A stretch of DNA of 64,000 nucleotides from Candidatus Gastranaerophilales bacterium (lineage in GTDB: Bacteria; Cyanobacteriota; Vampirovibrionia; Gastranaerophilales; JANQFW01), in the NCBI GenBank assembly GCA_028277625.1, contig JANQFW010000040.1, forward strand, positions 3,036 to 67,035, in the 5' to 3' direction. A program made the translations under genes and the position numbers. The first letter of the stretch is position 1; the number at the start of each line of letters is the position of its first letter. This document shows positions 54,999 through 64,000 of this stretch, one piece after another. The notes beneath the pieces were generated by a model. That model saw nothing but the letters and a program-made list of their open reading frames with translations. It was not told the DNA's origin and made no database searches.

Positions 54999-56126
54999 AT
55001 GGATAATAAAAATTTACCAATAATTTTAGCTACTTGTATTTCAATATTTTTAAGTTCATTGGCATGTTTTTTAATAGGTGTAAATCTTGCTCAAAACACA
55101 ACGATCAAAGAAAGCATTGTGGTAGAGCAACCAAAGCTAAAGGTTTTATCAACCCCAATTAATACAAATATAATTGCTGACGTAGCAGAGAGAAGTATGC
55201 CATGGGTTGTAAATATAAAGCTAAAAGGCTATGTTTCCCCAAGAATAAGTGTTTTTGACTTTTTTGGATTTTCTCACTACAAAGCGCAGCAAAAGCACAA
55301 GATTAAAATCGGCGGTGGTTCCGGATTTATTATAAGCAAAGACGGATATATTTTAACTAATGGGCATGTTGTTAGAAAATCAAGTGATATTGAGATAAAT
55401 TTGTATAATAACAAGACTTATAAGGCAAAAGTTATTGGTGTTGACGAAATGACTGACCTTGCTGTATTAAAAATTGAAGAAGAGACTCAGAACTTGCCTG
55501 TTGCAAACATTGGCGACTCATCTGTTTTAAGGATTGGAGAGTGGGTTATTGCTGTAGGCAGTCCACTTGGATTTGAACAGACAGTTACTCAGGGTATAAT
55601 TAGTGCTAAAAACAGAAGAGTTAGGGATTTACAAACCAGTGTTGATTTTATACAAACTGATGCTGCAATTAATCCTGGAAATTCAGGGGGGCCTTTAATT
55701 AATTTAAAAGGCGAAGTCATTGGTATAAATACTGCAATTAGAGCAGATGCTCAAAATATAGGATTTGCAATACCTATAAATACTGCTAAAACAATTTATT
55801 CTCAGATAATAGAAAATGGTAAGGTTGCGCGTCCGTGGATTGGTATAGAAATGAGAGAAGTTCGCATTAGTGATGGAGGTACTGCTGTTAGAGTTGAACG
55901 AGTTTGGCCCGGTAGTCCCGGAGGAAAAGCCGGCTTGAAGCGAAAAGACATTATTACTAAAATCAACGGTAAAAAAATTGATGATGGTAAGGATGTGCAA
56001 ATAGCAGTAAGAAAGCATTCAATTGGCAAAAGTATCAGGTTTGATATTCTCAGAAACGGCAGAAGAATGCAGCTTGATATAATTACAGAAAAGCTTCCTG
56101 ATTTTAATTCCAGGCCAAAAAGTTAA
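54999..56126 (+). CDS. HtrA/DegP-family serine protease (trypsin-like domain plus PDZ)
   Basis: It has an N-terminal TM anchor and the catalytic-triad contexts 'ILTNGHVV', 'TDLAVLKI' and 'AINPGNSGGPLINLKGEVIGI'. The C-terminal PDZ-like region reads 'GSPGGKAGLKRKDIITKINGKKI'. Confidence 0.9.
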   Translation: MDNKNLPIILATCISIFLSSLACFLIGVNLAQNTTIKESIVVEQPKLKVLSTPINTNIIADVAERSMPWVVNIKLKGYVSPRISVFDFFGFSHYKAQQKHKIKIGGGSGFIISKDGYILTNGHVVRKSSDIEINLYNNKTYKAKVIGVDEMTDLAVLKIEEETQNLPVANIGDSSVLRIGEWVIAVGSPLGFEQTVTQGIISAKNRRVRDLQTSVDFIQTDAAINPGNSGGPLINLKGEVIGINTAIRADAQNIGFAIPINTAKTIYSQIIENGKVARPWIGIEMREVRISDGGTAVRVERVWPGSPGGKAGLKRKDIITKINGKKIDDGKDVQIAVRKHSIGKSIRFDILRNGRRMQLDIITEKLPDFNSRPKS

Positions 56127-56245
56127 ATCTGAATTCTGTTAAATAAAGCTACTGAGTAATTGCTTTAATATAAATAAAAATGTTAACCTGTTACTTATAT
56201 AATAGGTTAATTTTTTTAATTTTAAAATAAGCATTAGGTGGGAAA

Positions 56246-57010
56246 ATGAAAAGAATACTAGGTTGTTTATTAGCTATTTGCATTCTGTTTAGCTGTTTTA
56301 CACTAAGCTCTTCTGCATTTTGGCCCTTAGGAAAAAAAGCAGCAAAGGTAAACGGCGAAGAGATTAAAGTTTTAGCCTATACTCAAAATATGCTAAACAG
56401 CAAATCAGCTAAACAAGGAGACAAGTTCAGTTTTATTACATTGGAAGATGTGACTGTTAAAGAAAAAATAGTTTTACCTTCAGGTTCTTTTTTAAACGGT
56501 AAAATTCACAAGGTAAAAAAAAGAGGAAGACTAAGTAGTCACGCAAAAATTGATATAAAGATTACTTCTATTAAGCTAAAAAACGGCAAAACTTTGGAGA
56601 TTGAAGATAATGATTGGATAGTCAGCTTTAGAAATCCAAAGATAAAAAGTACAAAGAAAAAAATATGGGAAAAAGTGCCTATTCTAGCAGCAGGTTATGC
56701 TACAACTATACCTCTTGGTGCTTTTACAGAACTAGGTGCAGGAGCTATTTACTTGATTGGTTCAGCTGCGTCTATCACAGCGGGCGGTGTATCAGGTGCA
56801 ATATGTCCTAATCCAGGCATGACACGCTATCAAAGCTGCTTTAACAGAGCTTATAACTCTACTGCAATGGGCTATGCGGGGACGGTTTTTGGCACAGGCA
56901 AAACTTTAGTAATGAACCCCGGCGTTAGCGTAATGATAAGTCTAACAAATAATGCTCTAGATCTGCTGAAGCAGCAAAGTGAAAATAAAGTTACAAACGT
57001 AAAAAAATGA
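56246..57010 (+). CDS. Hypothetical secreted or membrane-associated protein
   Basis: The signal peptide is 'MKRILGCLLAICILFSCFTLSSSA'. The C-terminal Gly/Ala-rich hydrophobic region is 'AAGYATTIPLGAFTELGAGAIYLIGSAASITAGGVSGA'. Confidence 0.55.
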   Translation: MKRILGCLLAICILFSCFTLSSSAFWPLGKKAAKVNGEEIKVLAYTQNMLNSKSAKQGDKFSFITLEDVTVKEKIVLPSGSFLNGKIHKVKKRGRLSSHAKIDIKITSIKLKNGKTLEIEDNDWIVSFRNPKIKSTKKKIWEKVPILAAGYATTIPLGAFTELGAGAIYLIGSAASITAGGVSGAICPNPGMTRYQSCFNRAYNSTAMGYAGTVFGTGKTLVMNPGVSVMISLTNNALDLLKQQSENKVTNVKK

Positions 57011-57057
57011 AATAATTGTTAATAAAATAACAGAAATGTATTGAATAAATAGCAGCG

Positions 57058-57100
57058 CATCTGTATAGTAGATTAAGTATTAAGTATACAGATGTGTTTT
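57058..57100 (+). terminator. Rho-independent terminator
   Basis: 'catctgtata' pairs with 'tatacagatg' (10 bp), followed by 'tgttttgctt'. Confidence 0.6.
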
Positions 57101-57157
57101 GCTTAAAAAACAGGATAGAGCCACTTTAAATCAAAATGCGTTTAGGAGTTGAATAAT

Positions 57158-58051
57158 ATGCTCGAAAATGTGTTAAAAGAGTTTTTGATTTTATTTGCAG
57201 AATTAGCTGTATTATTTCTTGTCATTAGTTTTATTGTTGGCTTTCTGCAGAGCAAATTTTCTAATGATCGCTTAAAAAGAATTTTGAGCAAGGGGAACAC
57301 CATAACAAACTCTGTAATCGGTGCAACTATCGGCTTGCTTACCCCGTTTTGCACTTGTTCTACAATTCCTTTGCTAATCGGTTTATTTCAGTCTAATGCG
57401 CCTTTTGGCGGTGCAATGTCTTTTTTATTTGCATCACCTCTTTTAAACCCGGCTGTTGTAGTACTTTTTATTACATTCTTTGGCGTTAAAGCAACAATTA
57501 TTTATGTTTCTATAATATTTGGCTTTTCTATATTAGCGGGAATTTTTCTCGAAAAAATGGGATTTAGAAAATATATAAAACCAATTGCAAGCCCAAAAAC
57601 ATGTGGCTGTGGGTGTGGAAGACACTCTCCTAAATCACAAACAGATATGCAAAGTGCCGTAGCCAGTTCTATGGAGCTATTTAAGAAAATATTTCCTTTT
57701 TTAATTCTAGTTGCTGTTGTTGGTTCAATAATAAAAGGCTTGGTTCCTAATACTTATGTAATGATGCTGTCATCGGGGCATAATGAGTTTATTTCTGTGC
57801 CGCTGGCTGCTATATTGGGTATTCCAATGTACATTAGGACCGAAACAATGATACCAATTGGCATGGTCTTATTTGAAAAGGGTTTAGGTATGGGAACTAT
57901 AATTGCTTTGCTAGTTGGTGGAGCAGGATTAAGTGTGCCTGAATTAGTTTTATTAAATACAATCTTTGAGAAGAAGTTAGCATTTACGATTATTTTCAGC
58001 ATATTTAGCGTAGCTGTTTTAACCGGAATAATATTCAACTTACTATACTAA
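57158..58051 (+). CDS. Permease of the UPF0718/ArsP-like family
   Basis: It is polytopic, with 'LLTPFCTCSTIPLLIGL' and a Cys-rich loop 'KTCGCGCGRH' typical of this family. The ATG at 57158 lies 9 nt after 'aggag'. The track TTG at 57149 abuts the RBS. Confidence 0.7.
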   Translation: MLENVLKEFLILFAELAVLFLVISFIVGFLQSKFSNDRLKRILSKGNTITNSVIGATIGLLTPFCTCSTIPLLIGLFQSNAPFGGAMSFLFASPLLNPAVVVLFITFFGVKATIIYVSIIFGFSILAGIFLEKMGFRKYIKPIASPKTCGCGCGRHSPKSQTDMQSAVASSMELFKKIFPFLILVAVVGSIIKGLVPNTYVMMLSSGHNEFISVPLAAILGIPMYIRTETMIPIGMVLFEKGLGMGTIIALLVGGAGLSVPELVLLNTIFEKKLAFTIIFSIFSVAVLTGIIFNLLY

Positions 58052-58072
58052 AATAATTAGTATTTATCAAAT

Positions 58073-58108
58073 AAAAAAACTACACTTAAGATACAGTGTA
58101 GTTTTTTT
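58073..58108. terminator. Bidirectional terminator between the permease gene and rpmB
   Basis: 'aaaaaaactacact' pairs with 'agtgtagttttttt' around an 8-nt loop. Confidence 0.75.
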
Positions 58109-58126
58109 ATTTAAAATTTTTCTTAA

Positions 58127-58318
58127 CTAGCTTGCTTTTACTATTTTATTTGCTTTTATACAAGATGTGCAAACATTGATTCTTTTAGCTATGCCATTAA
58201 AATTTACCTTAATCTTTTGTAGATTTGGTTTTTGTCTGTAGGTATGTGCTTTGTGTGAAAAGCATACTTTATTTGCTTTTATTTTGGTTTTTCCACATAC
58301 TTCGCAATTTTTAGCCAT
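58127..58318 (-). CDS. rpmB: 50S ribosomal protein L28
   Basis: 63 aa. 'MAKNCEVCGKTKIKANKVCFSHKAHTYRQKPNLQKIKV' fits the L28 pattern (C.vtGK....GN.vSHs...tkR.f.PNLq). Confidence 0.8.
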   Translation of the reverse strand: MAKNCEVCGKTKIKANKVCFSHKAHTYRQKPNLQKIKVNFNGIAKRINVCTSCIKANKIVKAS

Positions 58319-58521
58319 TTTAAATACCTCTATATAATATTAACAAATTTACATTTTATTCCGATATTATAAATAATACTCAAAGTATAGTTATATATCA
58401 AGCAAAAAATTCATTTAAGTAAAGAGGAAAAAAGTTCAAATGGTTATTATAATAGCTGAACCGCTTTAACTATAAGCGTGTAAGATAAGGATATAGACGA
58501 AAAATTATTTGTTAAAAAAGT

Positions 58522-58546
58522 AAAAACCGGTAATTAAATTACCGGT
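58522..58546 (-). terminator. Rho-independent terminator downstream of the annexin-like gene
   Basis: 'accggtaat' pairs with 'attaccggt' (9 bp) around a 3-nt loop, followed by a T-run on the minus strand. Confidence 0.6.
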
Positions 58547-58610
58547 GTGAGGATTTTGGGTTAATGAGGAGTTAGAAATTCTGTATATTTATCTATAAAT
58601 AATCATCTAG

Positions 58611-59363
58611 TTAGAAGGCCATAGGATATGCTGGATATGCATTGGCCGTAGCCCCGTTTAATCTGCCAAGATAATTATTTTGCGTATTGCCAAAGTCTAA
58701 GACTGCCGGATAAGTATCTTTGATCTTACTATGCAGGCTAGTGCCGTATCTTTGTTCATAATCTCTTGCAACAGCATTAACAAAATGACTGTTTGGATTT
58801 TTTAGGAGTATTTCATCAACAGTGCCCCTGTCAGATCGACCAAATTTTAGTGCGTCATGTAGTGCAGCTGATGCGTTTGGCACACTAACTTTTGCAGCTT
58901 GATTTAATATTCTTATTTCTTCAGGTGGTCCGCCTATTCTAAAGAAATTTAGTCTATCAAAGTTTCTTCTTAAATCACGTCTTAACTTTGTTAGGTCTCC
59001 ACTACCGTATTTTTCAGCATATGCAATTTCAACAGCAGCTAGCTTCATTGGATTTGTTGCAGCTAAATTTTGCAGAATAACTTTAGCTTGGCCTCTATTA
59101 AAAAGCCCCTTTAAACCCATTGTAGATTTCAAATTACTTGCTAATGTATCTAGTTGAGCTCTTTGTGCTGGATTTCTTAGCATCATATTTACGCCAGAGC
59201 CTGTAGAACCCATAGGCATAGGCCCACAGACATGCCCTATTGGCGACTGGCCATTAAATAGAATTCGATTATATTCAGTTTCGATTATATGGTTGTCGTT
59301 AACAGCACCATATATAGACGCCATTCGCGCTGGCCCATAATCATTGTAAATTCCGGGATACAT
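58611..59363 (-). CDS. Annexin-like repeat protein (two putative annexin repeats)
   Basis: Repeat 1 is 'LASNLKSTMGLKG...KVILQNLAATNPMKLAAVEIAYAEKYGSGDLTKLRRDL'. Repeat 2 is 'ALHDALKFGRSDRGTVDEILLKNPNSHFVNAVARDYEQRYGTSLHSKIKD'. Both resemble the annexin repeat (A..L..AmkG.GTDE..li.il..r......i...Y...yg..L...i). The ATG at 59363 follows 'gaggaggaagcaagt'. The track GTG is at 59417. Confidence 0.45.
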   Translation of the reverse strand: MYPGIYNDYGPARMASIYGAVNDNHIIETEYNRILFNGQSPIGHVCGPMPMGSTGSGVNMMLRNPAQRAQLDTLASNLKSTMGLKGLFNRGQAKVILQNLAATNPMKLAAVEIAYAEKYGSGDLTKLRRDLRRNFDRLNFFRIGGPPEEIRILNQAAKVSVPNASAALHDALKFGRSDRGTVDEILLKNPNSHFVNAVARDYEQRYGTSLHSKIKDTYPAVLDFGNTQNNYLGRLNGATANAYPAYPMAF

Positions 59364-59631
59364 ACTTGCTTCCTCCTCTACATTTCCCCTATCAGTCAAG
59401 TATACTTTGCCGTTCACTTAGCTTTATAGACAATTACAGAATTAATTACAAGTTGAAACAATATTTGTTTTATTAAATTTTTACTTAAATTTATTTTTCC
59501 TAAACGTTTCCCATAAATACGTGTTTTTTAATCTTACTATTTAAATTATTCCCTGTTATTATAAAAACAAATAAATATTTGAAATTTACAAATTAAAGGA
59601 TATTTATTACATTTTGTAAAGCATATAATTT

Positions 59632-59673
59632 ATAAAAAATAACGAAGACTGCCCTTAATAGACAGTCTTCGTT
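59632..59673 (-). terminator. Rho-independent terminator of the M23 peptidase gene
   Basis: 'aacgaagactg' pairs with 'cagtcttcgtt' (11 bp), followed by 'attttttata' on the minus strand. Confidence 0.7.
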
Positions 59674-59693
59674 GTATTTGTATTTTAATAAGC

Positions 59694-60839
59694 TTATTTT
59701 ATATATGATACAGGGTTGGTTGTTTTACCATTAATTCTTACTTCAAAATGTAAATGCGGACCTGTACTGTAACCAGTAGAGCCTTCATAACCAACAATTG
59801 TACCTTTTTTGACTATCTGTCCTACCTTTACAGATGTCTTTGCCAAATGGGCATATAAAGTAGATGTATTTTTTGGTGCATACTTTTTGGACCTCTTGTA
59901 CTTGCCATGATCAATTATTACAACCTTGCCATAACCACCATGCCAGCCTGAATAAATAACCTTACCAGCATTAGATGCTCTTATTGGTGCCCAATTGCGT
60001 CCAGCTATGTCTATACCTGAGTGAAAACTTCTACTTCTAAAAATCGGGTGTGTTCTATAACCATAATAAGAAGAAATTCGTCCGGCTACAGGTTTCATAA
60101 ACTTTTTAGATAAAACCACACCTTTTTTATTTTTATTAGATTGATGTTTTCTTATATTGCCGCTTATAACATTAGACTGTTTTGCAAGCTCGTTCTCCGC
60201 CTGCATATAAGCTTCTTTATCCGTTCTTAAGCGCTCAATAATTTGCTCTGTTGTGTAGATAGTATCTACAAGCTTTCTCTTCTCCCTTTTTATTCTTTTT
60301 AGGGTATAGTTTATATTTCGATGTTCCTTAGAGATACTAGATCTTAAGCTTTTTAGGTGCGCGGATTTTTGTTTTAATTCCTCAATGAGAACAGCATCTT
60401 TATTTGCTTGTTTTTGTTGATAATACACACTATCTAAGAGGCCATTTATATCCTTTGCTTCTAGCAGCAGACTTAAAAGTGTGATTTTTTCACCCATATA
60501 AAGTTTTCTAATACGGGATCTTAACTTTTTGCTTAAGTTTTTTTGCTCGTACGCAATACTATTGATTTTGTAGTTTAAATTTTTTAATTTTTTTCTAGAG
60601 TGACTCAATTGTCTATTTCGAGAGTTTATAACTGTTTGAGTTTTTTCCAGCTTTTGTTGCTGATATTGAAGCTTTTTTACTTCTATATTTTCTTTTCGCT
60701 CGAACTCTTTTACTTTTGCTTCTCTTACTGCTTTTTCTTCCGGTGACTCTGCAAATGCAGATAATCCAGCTCCTCCAGCTACTAGAAAAAATAGCATCAT
60801 TAGTAATATATGCTTTTTAATTAATTTAAAACTAATCAT
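59694..60839 (-). CDS. M23/LytM-family peptidase with a long coiled-coil (EnvC-like)
   Basis: It has a signal/TM segment and about 200 aa of heptad-rich K/E/Q sequence. The LytM motifs are 'FHSGIDIAG', 'GYGKVVIIDHG', 'LYAHL' and 'GSTGYSTGPHLHFEVR'. Confidence 0.9.
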   Translation of the reverse strand: MISFKLIKKHILLMMLFFLVAGGAGLSAFAESPEEKAVREAKVKEFERKENIEVKKLQYQQQKLEKTQTVINSRNRQLSHSRKKLKNLNYKINSIAYEQKNLSKKLRSRIRKLYMGEKITLLSLLLEAKDINGLLDSVYYQQKQANKDAVLIEELKQKSAHLKSLRSSISKEHRNINYTLKRIKREKRKLVDTIYTTEQIIERLRTDKEAYMQAENELAKQSNVISGNIRKHQSNKNKKGVVLSKKFMKPVAGRISSYYGYRTHPIFRSRSFHSGIDIAGRNWAPIRASNAGKVIYSGWHGGYGKVVIIDHGKYKRSKKYAPKNTSTLYAHLAKTSVKVGQIVKKGTIVGYEGSTGYSTGPHLHFEVRINGKTTNPVSYIK

Positions 60840-60886
60840 TTAGGTTATATACCTCACCCGGAACCTCTACTAATATCGGTTACGCA

Positions 60887-60991
60887 CTACTGCAAAAATA
60901 AGGGAATAATTGGCATTATCATAAATAAAATAAAAGTTATTGTTATAATCGTAATAATTAATTTTTTATTGGATCTCATGAATTCCATCAT
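60887..60991 (-). CDS. Possible 34-aa hydrophobic peptide just upstream of the M23 peptidase gene
   Basis: 'ggagataatataa' precedes the ATG. The product is 'MMEFMRSNKKLIITIITITFILFMIMPIIPLFLQ*', a single TM helix. It is below the track's length cutoff. Confidence 0.25.
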   Translation of the reverse strand: MMEFMRSNKKLIITIITITFILFMIMPIIPLFLQ

Positions 60992-61054
60992 TTATATTAT
61001 CTCCATGTCTGAAGGTGATAAATATCACCGAATTTTTACAACATTATAAGCTAA

Positions 61055-61091
61055 TTGTTGTTGGTCTGGACAAAATCCACACCAACAACAA
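61055..61091. terminator. Hairpin immediately downstream of the SEC-C gene
   Basis: 'ttgttgttggt' pairs with 'accaacaacaa' (11 bp) around a 15-nt loop. The only T-run is on the plus strand. Confidence 0.3.
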
Positions 61092-61103
61092 TATACCAAT
61101 TTT

Positions 61104-62384
61104 TTAACCCATTAAGCAACATTTTTTATATTTTTTTCCACTTCCACAAGGACATGGCTCATTTCTTCCAACAGATCCATCTATTTCTTTTGTTGGAGGT
61201 AATTCCATCATTTCGTTAAACGTCTTTGATGCATATAGTACGGTTGTGGATGAGAATAACTTTGTATCATAATATTTTTTCTTATAATTTTTTAGTATTT
61301 CATCAATTTCTTGAAGTTCTGTATTTTCCATTACCTCATTTGCAATATCTTTAAATTTTTCAGAATTTTGATTAAATACTTTTAATACAGGTGCAGGTGG
61401 TATTTTATCACTAGTTAAATAGTTCTTTACGCAGTTTTTATAACCATCTATAGATTTATGGTCATCAACTTCGAATATTTTTTTGAAAGTCGCATAAAAT
61501 GGAAGTACAATCAAACCGTACTCTCTATCATATAAGACGCCTATATCGTAAACCTGCTCGCTGTCAGCAAATTTCTTTCCTGCTATATTGCTGATATCAT
61601 CGCCGGCATTATTATCTTTTATATTGAAATATTTATACTCATCTAGCTCAGTTAAATATTCACTAATATCTGATTTTTCACCACTATCAATAAATTCATT
61701 AAACATACTTAATAATTCATCAATTTTTTGAGAGGATGTGATAATTTCATCAGTATCAAAAAACTGCTCAAATTTATCGCCCATATCATTTAGTAGTTCT
61801 TTAATTTCATCAAGTTTGCATTCGTTATCTTGATAAATAAGCTCAGGATTTTCCATCAGTATATTCATAACTTCGCTTAAGGCTTGTTTTTTCTCATTTG
61901 AGGGGATAAGTCCAGATAATTCGTAGATATAATAATTGTCATTAAATTTTACTATTTTTGCTTTTAAGTACTGACCACGTGCTACTGACCTGTAGTTTCT
62001 CATTTTAATCATAGGAAAAACTTTATAGTTTTTTTCATTGATTAAATTATAAAATTCAAAAGAGTCTTTTGTAATTTTTTTAACTTGATAAATGTTGTCT
62101 TTACAGTCTTTCATTCCCTGCAATAGCTCAAGTTGGTCTTCTGAAAGCGGGCCTTTTTCCTCATTAAAAATATCAAAGATTTTTCTGCCATCACTTAACT
62201 TTTCTTCTAAGAAAAATTTTGCTAAGAGTGCCCCAAGTCCAAGATGAGACATGCTGCGCACAGCTATGTTTACAGTTTCTTTATCAAACTTTTCTGCAAC
62301 TTCTTCGTTATCTTTCATGAACTCATAAAGGAGCCCTAGCACTTCTTCTAAGGTTTCTATTTTTAATTTTTCTTCTACAATCAT
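61104..62384 (-). CDS. SEC-C metal-binding motif protein
   Basis: The C-terminal '[18 protein letters not shown]' is the SEC-C zinc motif. The N-terminal ~400 aa is unrecognised. Confidence 0.8.
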   Translation of the reverse strand: MIVEEKLKIETLEEVLGLLYEFMKDNEEVAEKFDKETVNIAVRSMSHLGLGALLAKFFLEEKLSDGRKIFDIFNEEKGPLSEDQLELLQGMKDCKDNIYQVKKITKDSFEFYNLINEKNYKVFPMIKMRNYRSVARGQYLKAKIVKFNDNYYIYELSGLIPSNEKKQALSEVMNILMENPELIYQDNECKLDEIKELLNDMGDKFEQFFDTDEIITSSQKIDELLSMFNEFIDSGEKSDISEYLTELDEYKYFNIKDNNAGDDISNIAGKKFADSEQVYDIGVLYDREYGLIVLPFYATFKKIFEVDDHKSIDGYKNCVKNYLTSDKIPPAPVLKVFNQNSEKFKDIANEVMENTELQEIDEILKNYKKKYYDTKLFSSTTVLYASKTFNEMMELPPTKEIDGSVGRNEPCPCGSGKKYKKCCLMG

Positions 62385-63187
62385 TTTTGTCCCTCTATAC
62401 TAGCTATTGCACTATGTCTACCGGTTTTGCCATTTTCTGCACGGTATGAGAAAAACAAGTCATTATCACAACTCGTGCAAAATTTGGAAACATCTATATT
62501 TTCAACACCAACCTCTTGCAGTTGAAGCTGATTTATCATTTTTAAATCGACATGTATCTTATCATCGTTATCAAAAATTTTAAATGCCTGACAAGAACTA
62601 ATATTAACACTATTTTTCAATTTAGAATAAACATCATTAGCCACAGGGTAGCAGCATTGGCCAATAGTGGGACCAATACCGGCTAAAATGTTAACGGGTT
62701 TTATATTAAAATTTTCTTCAAATTTCTTAACAGCATTGCAAACAATCCTACCGGCAGTTCCCTTCCAGCCCGCATGAACTACTCCAATGACCTTTTTATC
62801 CGGCGCATACAATATTATTGGTGTACAATCTGCGAATTGCAGCATTAATACAATCTTAGGATTATCAGTTATTACACCGTCTGTTAGTTCAAGGCTTTCA
62901 CTTAAATTTGAGATGACCTTAACATTATTTGTATGCTCTTGCTTTGGTATGACTGTTTTCTTGCCATCAAGACTTAAGGCATTAACTATTTTTTTTCTGT
63001 TTGTACTAACAATATCATCTAAAGCAGGATTCCTTCCGGTGCCAAGGGTAAATCCATACTCCCCCATGCCAGGGCCTATTCTTGTTGTAAAAGCGTGCGT
63101 TAAGCCATCTTTTTGTAACAAAGAAGATTCATAATATTTTATTACTTGGTTGTTATCCCCAACCTGTTCTTCAACTAAAACAAACAT
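62381..63187 (-). CDS. pgeF: Peptidoglycan editing factor PgeF / YfiH (DUF152, laccase-domain) family protein
   Basis: 'QEHTNNV', '[11 protein letters not shown]', '[12 protein letters not shown]', '[11 protein letters not shown]' and '[13 protein letters not shown]'. Confidence 0.85.
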   Translation of the reverse strand: MFVLVEEQVGDNNQVIKYYESSLLQKDGLTHAFTTRIGPGMGEYGFTLGTGRNPALDDIVSTNRKKIVNALSLDGKKTVIPKQEHTNNVKVISNLSESLELTDGVITDNPKIVLMLQFADCTPIILYAPDKKVIGVVHAGWKGTAGRIVCNAVKKFEENFNIKPVNILAGIGPTIGQCCYPVANDVYSKLKNSVNISSCQAFKIFDNDDKIHVDLKMINQLQLQEVGVENIDVSKFCTSCDNDLFFSYRAENGKTGRHSAIASIEGQK

Positions 63188-63314
63188 TTAAATCTATCCA
63201 AGTCTCTAAATTTATAATATACTCATTTTATACTAATTCTAAAATGCATTTTAGAATATAAAGCAGTATGACAATAACTATTATATACAAAAATAAACTT
63301 TAAGGGAGATTTTT

Positions 63315-64000
63315 ATGTTTGATTTTGTTACAGTCGGAGGGGCCACGCAAGACATCTTTATAGAAAGCGACCACGGCAAAATCCTAACAGAAAGAGACTT
63401 CTTCTCAAAAGAAGAATTAATATGTTTTGAATATGGGGCAAAAATTGAAATAGATAAGCTAGCTTACGATATCGGTGGTGGCGCAGTTAATTCTGCTGTT
63501 AATTTAGCAAATTTAGGCTTTAAAACTTCAACATTGATAAAAATAGGTAATGATTTAAATGCAAAAGCTATTAATACTAGGCTAGACGAAAAAAATATTG
63601 ATAAGTCACTTCTTTTGACAACAGATAAATATAAAACCGGCTTTTCTGTCATTCTTACAAGCTTTGAAGGAGAACGGACAGTTTTGACTCACCGAGGGGC
63701 AAATAGTCATATAAGTCTTGACGAAGTAGAGGTAGAAAAAATCAAAAATGCGAAATGGATATATATAGCATCATTAAGCGGCAATTCGAATGCAATACTA
63801 GAAGAGCTAGCATTCTATGCGGAAAAAAACAATATAAATATGGCATTTAATCCGGGAACTGCGCAAATAAAACGAGGGGTAAATGATCTTAAAAAGGTTT
63901 TAAGCAGTGCGGAAGTTTTGATTATGAATAAGGAAGAAGCTTCAAAAATAACTGGTATTCCTCCTGAGTCAACAATTATTAATCTTGATAAATGTGACTC
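63315..64000 (+). CDS. PfkB-family carbohydrate kinase (3' end cut by window edge)
   Basis: The ATG at 63315 lies 6 nt after 'aagggag'. 'FDFVTVGGATQDIF', 'GGGAVNSAVNLANLGF', 'GFSVILTSFEGERTVLTHRGAN' and 'WIYIASLSG' fit the ribokinase-like fold. The frame is open to nt 64000 and is not in the ORF track because no stop is reached. Confidence 0.75.
   Translation, partial: MFDFVTVGGATQDIFIESDHGKILTERDFFSKEELICFEYGAKIEIDKLAYDIGGGAVNSAVNLANLGFKTSTLIKIGNDLNAKAINTRLDEKNIDKSLLLTTDKYKTGFSVILTSFEGERTVLTHRGANSHISLDEVEVEKIKNAKWIYIASLSGNSNAILEELAFYAEKNNINMAFNPGTAQIKRGVNDLKKVLSSAEVLIMNKEEASKITGIPPESTIINLDKCD

Noticed and set aside
1-64000. A search for CRISPR arrays, tRNA/rRNA genes, IS elements, prophage genes and known defence-system hallmarks.
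   Set aside because: I noticed none of the following while reading both strands: regularly spaced direct repeats, GC-rich tRNA-like islands with a T-loop consensus, or transposase, integrase, reverse transcriptase, Cas or nuclease-NTPase signatures. This is by-eye inspection only.

Overview
The window is visibly AT-rich bacterial chromosome, roughly one-third G+C by eye, with frequent TTG/GTG starts and AAGGAG-like ribosome-binding sites. I saw no rRNA, tRNA, CRISPR array, transposase, integrase or phage genes. Most of it is housekeeping: recD2, a flavodiiron protein, coaX, rplY, rfbA-rfbD-rfbB, dapB-asd-dapA, a SpoIID-like gene with murJ, rplS-rbgA-rnhB, an HtrA-type protease, rpmB, an M23 peptidase and pgeF. 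Signalling and transport genes include a GGDEF/HD-GYP hybrid, a stand-alone HD-GYP protein, a chemoreceptor with an orphan binding protein, a P-type ATPase and a UPF0718-type permease.

The main unexplained content is a lineage-specific family of six paralogous proteins, here called BH1 to BH6. One sits at 13165-14880, and five form a tandem array at 24994-31911. Each has three parts:
- a conserved N-terminal cassette (M-[RQ]-I-x-[GR]-I-G, then a polar linker ending in F-K-G);
- a variable number of ~17-residue bactofilin-like beta-helix repeats;
- a conserved closing module.

No signal peptide is visible in any of them. BH1 is divergently paired with a Maf-like (DUF115) glycosyltransferase. 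The array follows rfbABD, a Wzx-type flippase and a CapK-like ligase. Two unrelated small membrane proteins elsewhere in the window carry a similar F-[KQ]-G N-terminus.

Secondary oddities:
- a ~690-bp direct repeat whose conservation runs past the stop codon into tandem hairpins;
- a trio of Lys-rich paralogs, two of them frameshifted;
- a 40-nt intergenic motif present three times;
- an orphan terminator that may mark a small RNA;
- a degenerate HD-GYP domain;
- a pilin-like protein with Ser/Ala tracts;
- an annexin-like protein;
- an orphan RelE toxin and a lone hypF.

All calls come from reading motifs by eye. No database search was possible.
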